Positions 40,417-53,769 of a stretch of 64,000 nucleotides of DNA are shown here, piece by piece. The position numbers were made by a program, and so were the translations under genes. The DNA is from Scenedesmus sp. PABB004 (taxonomy: Eukaryota). Numbering within the stretch: position 1 is the first letter of the stretch; every line of letters starts with the position of its first letter. The DNA is taken from positions 1,116,001 to 1,180,000 of the forward strand of contig JABVCE010000002.1 of NCBI GenBank assembly GCA_014905635.1. The letters are read 5' to 3'. The notes beneath the pieces were generated by a model, which saw only the letters and a list, made by a program, of their open reading frames with translations, ran no database searches and had not been told where the DNA came from.

Positions 40417-42504
40417 TCACTTGGCGGCGGCGGCGACGTCAGCGGCGTCGACGGCCATGTGGGGCAGCAGCTCGGACAGCCGCGCCGCGGCCGCCGCGAC
40501 GGCGGGGTGCCCCGAAAAGCCGAGCCGGTTCCAGGCCTTGACCGCGGTCTGCAGCTGCTCGGGGCTGAACGCCGCCAGCTTGGCCGGCAGGTACGTCTCA
40601 ACCACCGCTGGTCACAGCGAACCAGGCGGGCGCGCGCAGGGCGTCGGCAGCGGCGCGCCGTCAGCGGCGCGGCGGCAGCGGTGCAGCGGCGGTGGCGGCG
40701 GCGGCGGCGCGCTGCGGGCCCGGGCGGCGGCGGCGCAGTGGTGCGGGCCCACGGTCGCTGCGCGGCGCGCACCGCTCATGAAGGCGTCGCAGAGGTGGCC
40801 CTGCTCGCCGCAGGCCCACAGAATCATCGACACCTCCTGGGGAGACATGCCGGGCAGCGCGCCCGCCGCGGCGCGCGTGATGGCGCCGTAGAGCGCGGCG
40901 TCGTCGTAGCCGACGCTCGCCAGCCCGTACGCGAGCTTGGCCAGCCCCGCCGCGTCAAAGTCCTGGCAGCGCGCGCGGGCGCGGGCGCCGGCGGCGCGCG
41001 TGGGCGGCGGTGGCGGCGGTGCGGGCGGCGGCGCAGGGGGCGCGGTGGCGCGCTCGGCGCAGCCACCGCCAGCCCTGCGCAGCCCCCCTCACACACTCAC
41101 ATGCGCACACACGCACACACGGCCCACCTGAATGTTGTCCGCCGCGTACTCCGCGACGAGGCCGTGCAGGCGCGGGTCGGCCCAGCCCATCTGCGCGGAG
41201 CACACGAGCACCTCGGCGAGCGCCTTGCTGTTGCAGTTGGCCTGCAGCTTGACCGCGCAGTCGTGCATCATGTCGATGAGCGTCTCGTCCTGGTAGCCGA
41301 AGCGGGCAAACGCCCACAGCATCTGGCATGGCGCGGCACCGCGACGCAACGCGGGGCGGGCCGTGGGGCGCGGCGGGGCGTGGAGCGCGGCGACTGCGTG
41401 GGGCGCGGCGACTGCGACTCGCGCCGCCGCCCAGGCCGCCGCGAGGCCACCCGGCGGCGCTGCACCCGCGCGCGCCCCACCTTGGCCATGCCGCTCGCGT
41501 CAAAGTCCTGGAGGTTGGACTTCAGGTAGGGCAGCAGGTGGCTGAGCAGGTCGTAGTCGTAGTACTGTGCCTCGCCAAACGCCCACGCCGTGTCGGCCAG
41601 GACTGCGCGGCGCGGCGCGGCGTTTGGCGGCAGCGCGGGGCCCGGGCGCCGCCCGCGGGCGCAAGGCGTGCGCACCGGCGGCGTCAAACTGGTCGAGCTT
41701 GTCGATCACCGCGTCCGCCATGATGCTCTTGAATTGAGTGTTGAAGTAGCCAAGCTGCGCAAACGCGACGCACAGGTGGCGGATCTGCTCGGGGCTGAGC
41801 TCGCCCGCGCGCGCCATCGCGCGCTCGGCCAGCTGCGAAGGCGGCGTGGCGGCGGGCGCGGCGCGGCGGCGTCGTGGGCGGGGCATGCGCGGGCGGGGGC
41901 GCAGGCTGGCGCGCCCCGCCGCGGGCGCCCGCGGCGCCTGTGCACCTGCGCGAGCTCGCCCGTGTCGGTGCTCTTGTCGGCCGCGCACGTCTGCACCTGG
42001 GCCACCACGTCGCTCAGGTCGAGCTCCGCCGGCGCCGACGCGGCCGCGGCCGACGCGGCGAAGCCGCGGCTCAGCGGCGCGGGGCGCGGCAGCGGAGCGC
42101 GCACGGGGCGCGCGCCGGCGGCGGTGCCGCGGGCGGCGCCGGCGGTCGCCCGCTGCGTGGCGGCCGTGGCCAGGCGCCGAGTGGCGCCGGACGCCGGGCC
42201 TGGCGGGCGGGCAGGGCGGAGGGGGCGGGTCTCGTGAGCGTGTCGGGAGGGTTTGTCGCCGGCGCGCCCCCACTGGCCCGGCCGGCCGCGCAACACGCGA
42301 TCGGCGCTGTTGCACGACCGCTCGAGGGGCGGGCACGGTGCTGCGGCGCGCCGGGGTGGCGCACGCAGCCGGCCGCTGCGAGCGCGCAGCGCGCTCCGCA
42401 CCAGGGCGCGTGCCCAGCGCGCAGACGAGCGCGCGCAGTTCAGCGAGCGGCAGCGCCTCAAGCCTGACGCCGGCCAGGGCGCCCACGAGGGCCGGGCCCA
42501 TCAT
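40417..42504 (-). CDS. Organelle-targeted helical-repeat protein (OPR/HPR-like, putative RNA binding)
   Basis: Arg/Ala-rich presequence and repeats of about 36-38 aa: LSPEQIRHLCVAFAQLGY, FDAAVLADTAWAFGEAQY, FDASGMAKMLWAFARFGY, MSPQEVSMILWACGEQG and FSPEQLQTAVKAWNRLGF. Confidence 0.75.
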
Positions 42505-42820
42505 CTCGAGCCAGTCTCGGCGCGGGGGGCTCGCTGCGTGCTGTGGCGTGGGGACGGGAGACTGCGGCGTGAGTGTGCGGGGGATCTGCGCCTCGGCGCG
42601 GGGCGGCTCCGCGGGAGTGCTGCTCGGGCTCGGGCAAGCTAGTTTTTTGCGCGCCGTGCGCCCTACACCCCGCTCGGCGAGCTCGTAGCTCACGGCTCAG
42701 CCCCAGGACCCGTCCAGAACGCGCGCCACGCCGAGGAGCACGCCCCCGCATCCCTCGGCGCCGCAGCGCGCCGCCCGGGGTGCCCCATCAGCAGGCGACG
42801 CTCCCGCGCCGCCCGCAGCC

Positions 42821-45800
42821 ATGGCGGCAGCCGCGCCGGACTGCTGTCAGGTCATAGACGGCGAGGGCAACTTCCAGGAGGCCGCGCTGGAGGCGTTCGT
42901 GGCGGCCAACGGCGTGGTGAACGCGCGCACCAACTACCAGGTCGTGGCGATCATGGGGCCCCAGAGCAGCGGCAAGAGCACGCTCATGAACCACCTGGTG
43001 CGGCGGCGCGCGCCCAGGGCCGGCGGCGGCGCCCTGCGGCGCGGGCGCGGGCGCGTCCGGCGGCGCGCCGCCGCCGCTGCTGCTGTCGCCGCAACCGCCG
43101 CCCGGCCGCCGCAGTTTGGGACGGCGTTCGCGGAGATGGACGCGATGACGGGGCGGCAGCAGACGACCAAGGGCGTGTGGCTCGCGCGCAGCCCGAAGTT
43201 GCCCGACCCCACGACGCTCATCCTGGACCTGGAGGGCAGCGACGGCCGCGAGCGCGGCGAGGACGACACCAACTTTGAGCGCCAGAGCGCGCTCTTCGCG
43301 CTCGCGGTCGCCGACGTGCTGCTCATCAACGTGTGGTGCCACGACATCGGCCGCGAGCAGGGCAGCGGCAAGCCGCTCATGAAGACGATCTTCCAGGTCG
43401 GCGGCGCGGGCGATGGAGATGGAGCCGCGCGGCGCACGGGCTGCGCGGCGGGGGCGCCCGCGCGCCGCCGCGGGCAGCGCCGCGCGGCGGCGGCCGACGC
43501 GCGCCGCGCGCCCCGCGCCGCCCGCCGCGCGCGCGCAGGTCAACCTGAAGCTCTTTGCGCCCGAGCCCAACCGCAAGCGCACGGTGCTGCTGTTTGTGAT
43601 CCGCGACAAGTCCAAGACGCCGCTGGCGAAGCTCGCGGAGATCCTGGGCGAGGACGTGCACAAGATGTGGGACAGCATCAGCAAGCCGCCGCAGTACGCC
43701 GACTCGCGCATCGACGACTTCTTCGAGGTGCGGCCGCGGCGCCAGCAGCGCCGGCGGCGCCGGCACCGCGCGCAGCGGCGGTGCCAGCTGGCACGGCGGC
43801 GGGCAGGCGGGCGCGACACGGGCGCGCGACACGGCTGCGCGGCGCGGCAGGTGCAATACACGGCGCTGCCGCACTACGAGGACAAGTACGAGGACTTCAT
43901 CGCCGACAGCGTGGTGCTGCGCCGCCGCTTCACGCCCGACGGTGCGCAGCGCCGCGCGGCCGCGCGGCAGGGCCCGGCGGCTGAGGCCGGCGGCCCGCGG
44001 CGGCGGCGGGGGCGGGGCAGCAGCGGGCGGGCGGCCGCCGACGGCGCGCGCCCGCCGCGCAGGCGACGACTCGCTCGTGCGCGCCGAGGAGAAGCTGCCC
44101 GCGGACGCGCTCGTGCTGAGCACGCGCAACATCTGGAGCATCATCCGCAGCCAGAAGGACCTCAACCTGCCCGCGCACAAGGTGCGGGCGCCTGGGGCAG
44201 CGGCAGCGGGGCGCCGGGAGGGGCGGCGGCGCTCGGCGGCAGCCTCGTCAACCGCGCGCCGCCCGCGCCGCGCCGCGCCGCCAGGTGATGGTTGCGAGCA
44301 TTCGGTGCAACGAGATCAAGCAGGACCAGCTGCGCGCGTTTGCCGGCGACCAGGCGTGGCAGGGCGTGGAGGCCGGCGCGGGCGCCGGCCTCATCCGCGA
44401 CTTTGGCGCGACCGTGGCGGGCCTGCTCGACAGCTGCATCAACGGGTGCGGCCAGCCGCGCGCCGCCGCGCAGCGCCAGGCAGCCAGCCGCGGCGCAGCG
44501 CAGCCTGGGCAGCGCCGCGCGCGCCGCGCCGACCACGCCGCGCCGCGCTGCCGCACCGCCGCACGCCGCCGCGGCAGGTACGAGGTGGAGGCGATGTACT
44601 TTGACGCCAGCGTGCGCGGCGAGCACGGCGCGGACCTGCGCGACAAGCTCGTCGCCGCGGTCGCGCCCGCGTTCGGCGCGCAGCTGCGCCTGCTCGCGGC
44701 GGCGCAGCTGGCGGGCTTTGACAAGGACTTCAAGCTCGCGCTGCTCTCCAAGGCCGACGGCGACGAGCAGTCGCGCGGCTTCAGCGCCGCGGCGGCCGCA
44801 TGCACGGCCGAGGCGCTGGCGGGCTTCGACGCGCGCGTCGGCGAGCTGCTGGTGCCCGGCACCGGCCTCACGGGTGCGCGGCGCGCCGGCCGCGCGGCAG
44901 CCTGCCGGCAGCGCCAGAGGCACGCCCCGGCCGCAGCGCACACCGCGCTCGTCACGCGCCGCCCACCCACCCTGCCCGCTGCTGTGCGCAGCCGACGAGG
45001 CGCGCGCGAGCCTGGCGGCGTCCATCGCGGAGCACGTGGACAAGGCCAAGCACGCGGCGCTCAAGGAGGCGCTGGCGGCGCGCGAGCTCACGCTCACGCG
45101 CCTCGTGGCGGTGCCGGCGGTGGAGCTGCTGGCCAGCTTCCCGCCCAACCTCTGGCAGCAGCTGCACGCCGTGCGCAAGCAGGTGCGCGCCGACGGGGCA
45201 AGGGCCGCGGGCCCGCGCGCGGCGCAGGCGCGCCGCCGGCGGCGCGGCCGCGCTGCAGCCCCGCCCGTCCGCCCGCGCGGCGCCGCCGCCGTCAGGCCAT
45301 CGCGACGACGAGCACGGAGCTCGCGGCGGCGCTGTCGGGCATGGCGCTGACCGCCGAGGAGCGCGGCGCGCTGGACGCCAAGCTCGCCGCCGCGGCGGAG
45401 AAGAAGACGGCCGACCTGCTGCAGGTCCGCGGCCGCGGCGGCGGCACGGCGCGGCCGGCGGGCCGGGGCGGCCACGGCACGCTGCGTGCGCGCGGCCGCT
45501 CAGCGCCGCCGCGGCCGCCGCCGCGCAGGAGGCGGCGCTGACGCGCGTGACCAAGATGCGCGACGTCTTCAACCACGCGTTCAGCCTGGACGAGCACGGC
45601 ACGCCGCGCACGTGGCGGCCCAAGGACAACATCCCCGCGCTCGCGCGCGCGGCGCGGCGCGAGGCGGCGCGCGTGCTCGCGCTGCTGGTGCGCGCGGCCG
45701 CCGCCGCGCCGCGCCGACGCGCCGCGCCCGCGGCGCGCGGCCCGCCGCCGCCGCTGACGTTGCGCCGCCCGCCACGCGGCGCAGGCGGTCGTGCGGGGGC

Positions 45801-46922
45801 CCGACTACGCCGGCGGCGACGGCGTGGAGGGCGCGGTGATGGCCATGGTCCGGAAGGACATCGACGACGGCCAGGCAGCGCCCGGCAGCAGCAGCAGCAG
45901 CAGCAGCAGCGCCAGCGCCGCGGGCGCAAGCCGCAGCGACGGCGGCGCCGGCGGCGCCGGGTTTGAGCTCGCCACTGCGACGCAGTGGCCGGGCGTGGCG
46001 GCGCGCGACGTGCTCATCGCGCCGCACGAGGCGCGCCTCGCGTGGCGCGAGTTCATGTCGGCCAGCGCGCTGTCGGTGCAGCAGGTGCGCGCGCGCCGCC
46101 GCGCCCCCCGGCTGCACGGCCGCCGCCGCCGCGGCTGCTGACCCGCGCCGCCGCCGCGCCGCGCCCCACCGCGCGGGCCGCAGGCGCAGGTGACGCAGCA
46201 GGCCAACCTGATGGCGGGCAAGCGCGGCGCGCCGATCTGGGCGCTCGCGGCGATCGCCTTCCTCGGTGCGCGCCGCGCGGCGCGGCACTGCCTCCTGCGC
46301 GCCGCGCCCGCCGCGCCCGCCGCGCCCGCCGCGCCCGCCGCGCTCACCGTGCCGCTGCGCCGCCGCTGCTGCGGCCAGGCTGGAACGAGTTCATGGTGGT
46401 GCTGTGGAACCCGTTGTACCTCGTGCTGGGCGGGCTGCTCTTCCTGCTGGGCTACCAGGTGTACGGCGAGCTCGACGTCGACGCGGAGCTGCAGCGCGGC
46501 CCCCTGCTCGGCCTGGTCGCGATCTGGAACAAGCTCGGCGGCGTCGCGGGCAAGGTGCAGCACGCGGCGGGCGCGCGTGGGCGCCGGCGCGGGCGGCGGC
46601 GCGCGTTCGTGGGCCGCGCGTCGACGTGCGCGCCGGCGGCCGCCCGCAGGTGCTGGCGCAGAACGTGGAGCTGCTGCAGCACCTGGGCAGCGTCGCCTCG
46701 GACATGCTGCAGGGCCAGCAGGGCGGCGACGCGCCCGCGCCCGCGTTTGCGGGCGCCGGCGCCGGCGGCGAGGTGCAGCGCAGCGCGCGCGCGGCGCACG
46801 GCAGCGCGGCGGGGCTCAAGCAGCGCGGCGGCGACGGCGTGCAGATGGCGCAGCTGCGCCGGGGGGAGGGCAACGGCGTGCTGGGCGGCGCCGCCGCGGG
46901 CGGCGGGCCAAAGGACGACTGA
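42821..46922 (+). CDS. RHD3: ROOT HAIR DEFECTIVE 3 / SEY1 ER-fusion GTPase
   Basis: [66 protein letters not shown] and the C-terminal hairpin [15 protein letters not shown]. Confidence 0.96.
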
Positions 46923-47247
46923 CGCGCTGCTGCGCCGCAGCGGTTTTTGCTCCTGAGTTGTCGGACTGCACAGCGGCCAGGCCCGTGCAACGCACCGTTC
47001 CGCAGGCCCACCGTCGATCGCCGCCGCGCCGGCGGAGAGCAGTTGCGGCGCCGCGCCCCCTGCACCTGCCCGCGCAGCCACGCCGGCGCTGCCTCGCGCC
47101 GTTCGCGTGGAGCACTGTCCAGCCGGGACCGCTCGTCAGGCCTCCCCACGCACTAGCTCAGCTCCGCGCATCACCAGCAGCAGGAGCAGCGGCGGCGGCG
47201 CGTCGCGCTGCGGGCGGTCGCCTCAGCGCCCCCGCCGCAGCAGCGCC

Positions 47248-49162
47248 ATGTACGGCTGGGGTGGCGTCAGCGCGACGACGCAGGGCTACGCCGCAGCCAG
47301 CGCGGCAGCGGCGCAGGTGCGGGCGCGCCGTGGCGCGCGGCGCCGCTGCTTCGCGCTCCCTCGGCGAGGGGGCCGCCGCCAACGCCCCCCATCCTGGCGC
47401 TGTCGCCAGGATGAGGACGTGCTCAGCATCGACATCACCAGCAACCGCGGCCTCGCGCCGAGCACGGCCGAGTTCTTTAACAGCTCGCTGCTGAGCGACG
47501 TCGACCTCTGCGCCGACGACGGCACCGTGTTCAAGTGCCACCGGCTCATCCTCATCCCCTGGTCCGCGCCGCTGCGCCGCATGCTGACCGGCGGTGAGCG
47601 CGCGGCAGGCGCGGCCGCGCGCCCGCGGCGGCGAGCGCCGCTCGCGCGCGAGCGACGGCGCGCGCCCGCGGCGGCGAGCGCCGCTCGCGCGCGAGCGACG
47701 GCGGCCGGCGCCCGCCGTTGCCGGCGCCGCCGCGCAGACATGCGGGAGGCGCGCGAGCGTAGCATCACGCTCCATGGGGTCGACGCCGAGGTGCTGGGCG
47801 CGTTCCTGCAGTTTTGCTACAGCTGTAGCTGCAGCGTGCCGACCGACCGCCTCGTCGCGCTGACCGCGCTCGCCGACCAGTATGACGTCACGCTCCTGCA
47901 GGTCCGCCCGCGGCCGCGCGGCCGCCGGCTGGCGCATGCTCTCTCCCCCCCCCCCCCCCCCTCTCCCCTTCTCTGCCTCCCTCTCTCCCTCTCTCTCTCT
48001 CTCTCTGCCTGTCTCACGCACACGCCGCCGCCGCCGGCGCAGAACCTGTGCCTCGCCGCGATCCGCAGCCACGCGCCCAACCACCGCTGCTGCGCAGTCT
48101 TCCACCGGTGCGCAAAGGAGGCGCAGCTCGCGGACATCCAGCAGCTCGCGTGGGAGCACCTCGCCTCCAACCTGGGCAGCCTCGTGCGGCAGCACGCGGT
48201 GTTTGTCGAGCTGGAGCTCGAGGACGTGCTGCGCCTCTGCGGCGGCGAGGAGCAGCAGCAGCAGGCGACCGACGGCGCCGCAGCTGACGGCGGCGCCGGC
48301 GGCGACGCGGCGGCGGCGGGCGCGCAGGCGGGAGCCAGCGGCAGGGCGGCGGAGCAGCAGCGGCAGCAGCAGGGCGCGGCGCCGCGCGGCGCCTCGCTGG
48401 GTGCCTCGCTGGGCGGCGGGCAGCCGCGCGCGCGCAGCGCCGGCGGAGGCGGGCCGCCGCGGCCCGAGTACCTTTTGTTTGTTGCGCTCATGGCCTGGCT
48501 GGACCACCGCCCCGAGCGCGCCGCGCACCGGGAGCTCGTGCTCGGCTGCGTTGACTTTGGCCGCATGACCAACTACGAGCTCTCGCAGGCGCGGCGCGGG
48601 GGGCGGCGCGGCGCGGCGCTGCGGAGCCGGGCGCCGCGGCGGGGCCGGGCGCGCGGCGGCGGGGGCGGCGCTGACGCGCGCGCGCGCGTGCGGTTCGGCC
48701 GCGCCGCCCGCAGATGCGCCACGACCGCCACGTGTGCCGCGACGAGGCGCTCAAGGAGCTGCTGCTGGACGCGTACGCGGCGCGCTGCCTTGCGACGGCC
48801 AGCCAGCCCGTCTTCCACATGCAGCCGCTCGGGCCGCCGCCCGGCGGCGCCGGGGCGTCGGCGCGGCGGTGGCGGCGGCGGCGGCGCCGCAGCCCCATGG
48901 CGGGCGCGTGCAGGCGGTGCTGCCGCACGAGCCGCCCGGCGACGGCGGCGCGCCCGTCGCGGTCGCGCGGGAGATGCTGGGGCTGGCGCTGCCAGGCGAC
49001 GAGCGCGGCGGGGGCGGCGAGCGCGGCGCGGCGGCGCAGCCGCCGCTCGGCGACTGGTTCCGTGGGCGGCGCGGCCTCATCGAGGCGAGGCCCGCGCAGG
49101 CGGTGAACTACCAGCACGCGTGGGCGCTGGAGCGCGCCGACCGCGGCGACGCCGCGCCGTGA
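47248..49162 (+). CDS. BTB/POZ-BACK domain protein
   Basis: SDVDLCADDGTVFKCHRLIL, MREARERSITLHGVDAEVLGAFLQFCY, LADQYDV, and the BACK-like EYLLFVALMAWLDH..VDFGRM. Confidence 0.85.
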
Positions 49163-49219
49163 GGCGCAGCAGGGACCTGTGGGACGGCGCTCACGTTGCC
49201 CCGCGCGGTTGCAAAGCGA

Positions 49220-49224
49220 TGTAA
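49220..49224 (+). terminator. TGTAA polyadenylation signal (BTB gene)
   Basis: TGTAA lies about 58 nt after the stop. Confidence 0.55.
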
Positions 49225-49373
49225 CGCGGCCCTCGGCGGCACGCTCCGGGCCCGCCAATCGGCGGGCCGGCCGAATCCCGTCCTCCCCCTCGCGCGCGCG
49301 CGCGCGGCTGGGGCCGCGCGCCGCCATCCTGCGAGGCGAGCCGCCCGCCTGCGCGGCGCGCCGCCCGCGGGGC

Positions 49374-52195
49374 TCAGCGGTAGCGCCGGTACTGGGGGTT
49401 GTACATGTGCGCGCGCGCGCGGTCGTAGAGGCTGTGCGGCTTGGGCAGGTCGGTCGCGAAGCCACCCTCGTACGCCTTTTGCGCGACCGCGCGCGCGACG
49501 TGCGCCGAGACCTCGCGGATTTTGTGCAGCGGCGGCAGCGTGCCGCCCGCCGCGCGGTCCTCGTGCGTGACCATGCGCGCGACCGCCTCGGCCGCGGCGA
49601 TGAGCTGCTCGTCGCGCAGCTTGGTGCAGCGGCTGATGAGCGCGCCCAGCGCTGCGGCGGCGGCGGGCGGCGGGGGCGGGGTCGGCGGGGTCGGCGGGCG
49701 GCGGGGTCGGCGGGCGCGGGTCAGCGGGCGGCGCGTCGGGCGTCGCCCCCGCGCCGGACGCGGCGGCGGCTCACCGACGCCGGGGAAGATGTAGGTGCTC
49801 GTGATGTGGCTCGGCGCGAGCGCCGCGCCGTCGACCTCGGCGCCCGCCGCGCCGCACACGCCGGTCGCGACGACCGCGCGGCCGCCGCTGCCGGCGTACG
49901 CGTCGTGCGGGCTGCACTCGGGGTGCGTCGTGGTGAGGGGGAAGACGAGCGGGTGGTGCGCGTTCTCGGCCATCGCGCCGAGCACGTGGCCGTCAAACGC
50001 AAACGGCGGCGGCCCGCCCGCCTGGTGGCAGCCGATGAGGACGGTCGGGCGCAGCGTCTGCACCGCGCTCAGCAGGTCGGGGCAGTCGGCGGGGCCCGCG
50101 TGGCAGTAGGGCAGCTTGAAGTCCTCCAGCGTGCTGCTGTCGCCCCTGCGCTCGGCGCGCGGGCAGGCGCGCGGGCGTGGGCGTGGGCGTGGGCGTGGGC
50201 GTGGGCGGGGGCACGAGCTCACGGGCGCGGGCGCGGGCGCGGGGCGGGCGCGTGCGTGTGCGTGCGCGCGCCTGCTGCGCGTGACGAGGCCCTTGGCGTC
50301 GACGAGCCAGATGTTCTGCCGCGCCTCCAGCACCGTCGTGCCCGTCTGGTGCGCGACCGCGGCCGCGAGCAGCTCCGCGATGCACGCCGCCGCCGCGCCC
50401 TCGCCCGAGAGCAGCACCGTGTGGTCGGCCAGGCTGCCGCCGGTCTTGGGCAGGCTGCCCAGGATCGCGGCGAGCACCGCCGTGCCGAGGCCCTGCGCCG
50501 CGGAACACGGTCTGTGAGCCCGCCCGCCGCCCGGCGCCCGGCGGCGGCGGCGCCCCGGCGCGCCCCCTCGCGGCGCCCCGGCGGGGCCCCGGCCCGCGGC
50601 GCGTTTGCTGCGCGCCTGCAGCTCGTCGCTGAAGCAGGGGAAGTCTGTGCGGTACATGTTGAGCAGCTTGGCGGCGTTGTCGTAGGCCATGTCGCTGAAG
50701 TGGATGAGCGTCGTGTTGCCGTAGCGCCGCCGCACGGCGCTGAGGAACTCGTCCAGCAGCTGGTAGTACGCGTCGCCCCGCACGCGCCTGGCACACAGAG
50801 AGGGGAGGGGGACGCGGACGCGGACGCGGCGGCGGTGAGGTTCGGGCGCGGCGCAGGCGCGCGGCGGCGGCTCGCGGGTGCGCGGCGGCAGGGCTTGCGG
50901 GCGGCGGCGGCGGCGCGCACTGGTGGCGCACGCCGACGTAGAGCGGGCTGCGCAGCAGGTCCTCGTTGTCGGTGCCGACGTCAAACACAACAGGCATGCA
51001 CATCGCCGGCTCGACGCCGCCGCACGCGGTGTGCATGGCCAGCTTGCTGATCGGCACGCCGATGGCCTGTGCCCAGCGGCGCAGTCGACGGGCGGTCGGC
51101 GGCGGTCAGGGGGCGGCGGCAACCGCTGGCGCCGCCGCCTGCCTCGCGCACCTGCACGCCCAGGTCGCCGAGCGGGCCCACGCGCTCGCCGTCGGTGACG
51201 GTGATGACGCGCACGTTGCGCTCGGGCCAGTTCTTCAGGATCCTGCGCGCGCCGCGCCGCCCGGGCCGCGCCGCGCTGCTGAGCCGCGCGTGCCGTGGCC
51301 GACGCCGCGGCCCGCCGCCGGCGCCGCGGCCGCCGCCGCGCTGCTCCGGCGCGCGCCTGAACACGCGTCCGCGGTCCTCGAGCGTGACGAAGAGCCCGCG
51401 CGGGAGGGACTTGAACATGAGCCCGTACTTGTGGCACGCGTCGCGCACGGTGGGGACGGACACAAACGGCAGCAGCTCCTCAAAGTGCTCCATCAGCACG
51501 CTGACAGGCGCGGCGGGGGGCGAGGCGTGGAGGCGAGCTTGGGGCGGCGGCGGCGCGAGCGCGGCGGCTGGCCGGCCGCGGCCACAGCCACCCCTGCAGC
51601 GTGTCAGCCGCGCTGCACGCTACGCACACGCGCGCGCACGCACCGGTAGAAGAGCCGCTCGTTGCGGCCCTGCAGGCTGGCGAGGTAGGTGTACTTGTCG
51701 AGCGGGTCTGCCTTGCCCCGGATGTTGAGGATCGCGCGCTCGAGCTGCACCTCCTGGCTCAGCACCGCCGGCGGCAGCAGGCCACGCAGGTAGAGCCGGT
51801 CGCGCTCGGCCTCGCTGAAGGCGAGGCCCTTGTTGTACTTGGGGTGGCGCATGAGGTCCACGCCGCTGATGACCTGCCGCACCCACGGCGTCGTGGGGCG
51901 GCCCATCTTGTCGTCCTCAAACGCCTCGCCCCCACCGCCTGCGGCCGCCGCGGCGGCGCGCGGGTGCCTGGGCAGGCGGCGCGCGGGCGGGCGGGCCGGC
52001 GCGCGGGCGGCGGCGCCGGGCGGCGGCGGCGGCGGCAGCAGCGGCGCCGCTGCCGGGCCCGCGCCGCGCCGCCGGCGCACCGCCCGATGCGATACAGCGC
52101 GCCAGTTGCGGCAGGTTCGCGCCCAGGCTCGCCAGCACGCGCGCTAGGCTGCCAGGGGCGGCGCCCTGCGCCAGGAGCAGGCCGGGGCCTGCCAT
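49374..52195 (-). CDS. Malic enzyme family protein with degenerate active site
   Basis: PKYNKGLAFSEAERDRLYLRGLLPP, RNERLFY, VTDGERVGPLGDLG, DVGTDNEDLL..PLYVG, IWLVDAKGL, YIFPGVALG and MYNPQYRRYR. Several catalytic residues are substituted. Confidence 0.92.
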
Positions 52196-52816
52196 GCTGG
52201 CAGTGCTGGTGCGGCTCCCCGCTGGTTCAGGCGCCCGCGCGCATGCCGGAGTGACTCCCAAACTGATGCGACGCCGCCCGCGACGGGGCCGGGCTCGACG
52301 AGCGGCGCGCAGGGCGGGCGCGCGGTGGTGGTGCTCGACACGGCGCCGTTCGATCGCAGGCGTGCGCAGTCAGGTGGGCAGGCGTGGCCTCTGACCGCCG
52401 CGACCCCGTGGCCGGCGAGCAGGCGCGCCAGCAACCCGCGGGGTCTGGCTTCGAGCCCTGCCGCCCGCCTCCATGCCGCGTGGCCCAGCGCCCCGGTCCT
52501 CCAGCCATAGACCGCCGCCCCCATCCGCAGCGCCCGCACGGCCCGCCCGCCCGCGCGCCAGCCGCCGCCGCTGCCGCCGAGCGCGCAGGCACCGCCGCGG
52601 CGCCAGCGCCCGCAGCGCGTCGTCCGGCCGCGCCCCGGTTCCCCCACGCCACAGCGGTCGCGCCACGCCTGGCAGCGCGGGCGGCGCTGCAGCCGCATGG
52701 CTGCCGCGGCCTAGCCGACCGCGGCCGCTGCTCGCCGCTCGCCGGCGGCCGGGCGGGGGGCCTCCCCTCGCGCGGCGCGCGAGGCGCGGCCCTCCCTCGC
52801 CGGCGCCGCTGGCAGC

Positions 52817-53392
52817 ATGGCGCCCAGCGACGCGGAGCCCTCCAGCACGCGCGCCTCGGGGAAGGGCTTCGAGTTCAAGTTTTACACGCAGGACGACGAG
52901 GAGTTCCAGGCGCGCCTGCGCAACCCTCAGCGCCAGCCCCTGCGGTGAGACGGCCGCGCCGCGGGCCCCGCGCCCGGCGCTGGCGGCGGCGGCAGCGGCG
53001 GCGGCGCGCGCGCGCCGACCGCCGCCGCGCTGGCCCGCGCGCGCAGCTGCGACGACCGCCTCGAGGACTTTTGCCGCACGCTGCTCAAGGCCGACCACTG
53101 GCAGAGCACGGAGGACCTGCGGCGCTCGTGGCGGCTCATGTGGGCCTGCTTCAAGTCTGACGAGGGGTGCGCAGAGAGGGGGGCGCGGGACTGCCCGTGC
53201 GCCCGCCGCCGCGCAGCAGGACTCGCGGCTCAGAGCGGGCCGCGCCGCCGCAGGCGCGAGCCGCGCGACCCCTACGTCACGCTGCCGCCGGACGACCCGC
53301 TCTACCGGGACTGGGCCAAGCTGGACGCGGATGCGGAGCAGCAGCAGCAACGGCAAGAGGGCAGCAGAAAAGCGTGGTGGCGGCGGCGGTGA
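52817..53392 (+). CDS. Small hypothetical protein (about 125 aa, 3 exons)
   Basis: Spliced reading MAPSDAEP..FEFKFYTQDDEEFQARLRNP / CDDRLEDFCRTLLKADHW..WACFKSDEG / REPRDPYVTLPPDDPLYRDW..WWRRR. Confidence 0.6.
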
Positions 53393-53769
53393 CGCCGGCG
53401 CCCCCGGGCGCGCCGCGGCCTTTTTTTCCGGAAAGGGAGGGAGGGAGGCGGGCAGCTCTCTGGCGCCCTCATCAGGGGCTGCGGGCCCTCATCAAGGGGC
53501 GGGCGTCGTGGCGGCGCACCGGCGAGGTACGCGTGAGGCCGGCGCAGTGTCACGAGCCCCCCACGTCGCCCCCGGGCTCGTCCCAGATCCCAGGAGCTCG
53601 CTGCGCCTGTCGCGCAGCCGTGCCGTGCCGCCCACGCGCGCTCCAGGTCGGCCGCGCAGTGCAGTGCCAGCTCCCGCGCGCAGCCGCGCAGCCTCGTAGC
53701 GCGGCGCCGCGAGTCGTGACGGCCGCTGCGGCTCAAGGCGTGCCAGCAGGCCGGCACTGCGTCGGCGCG

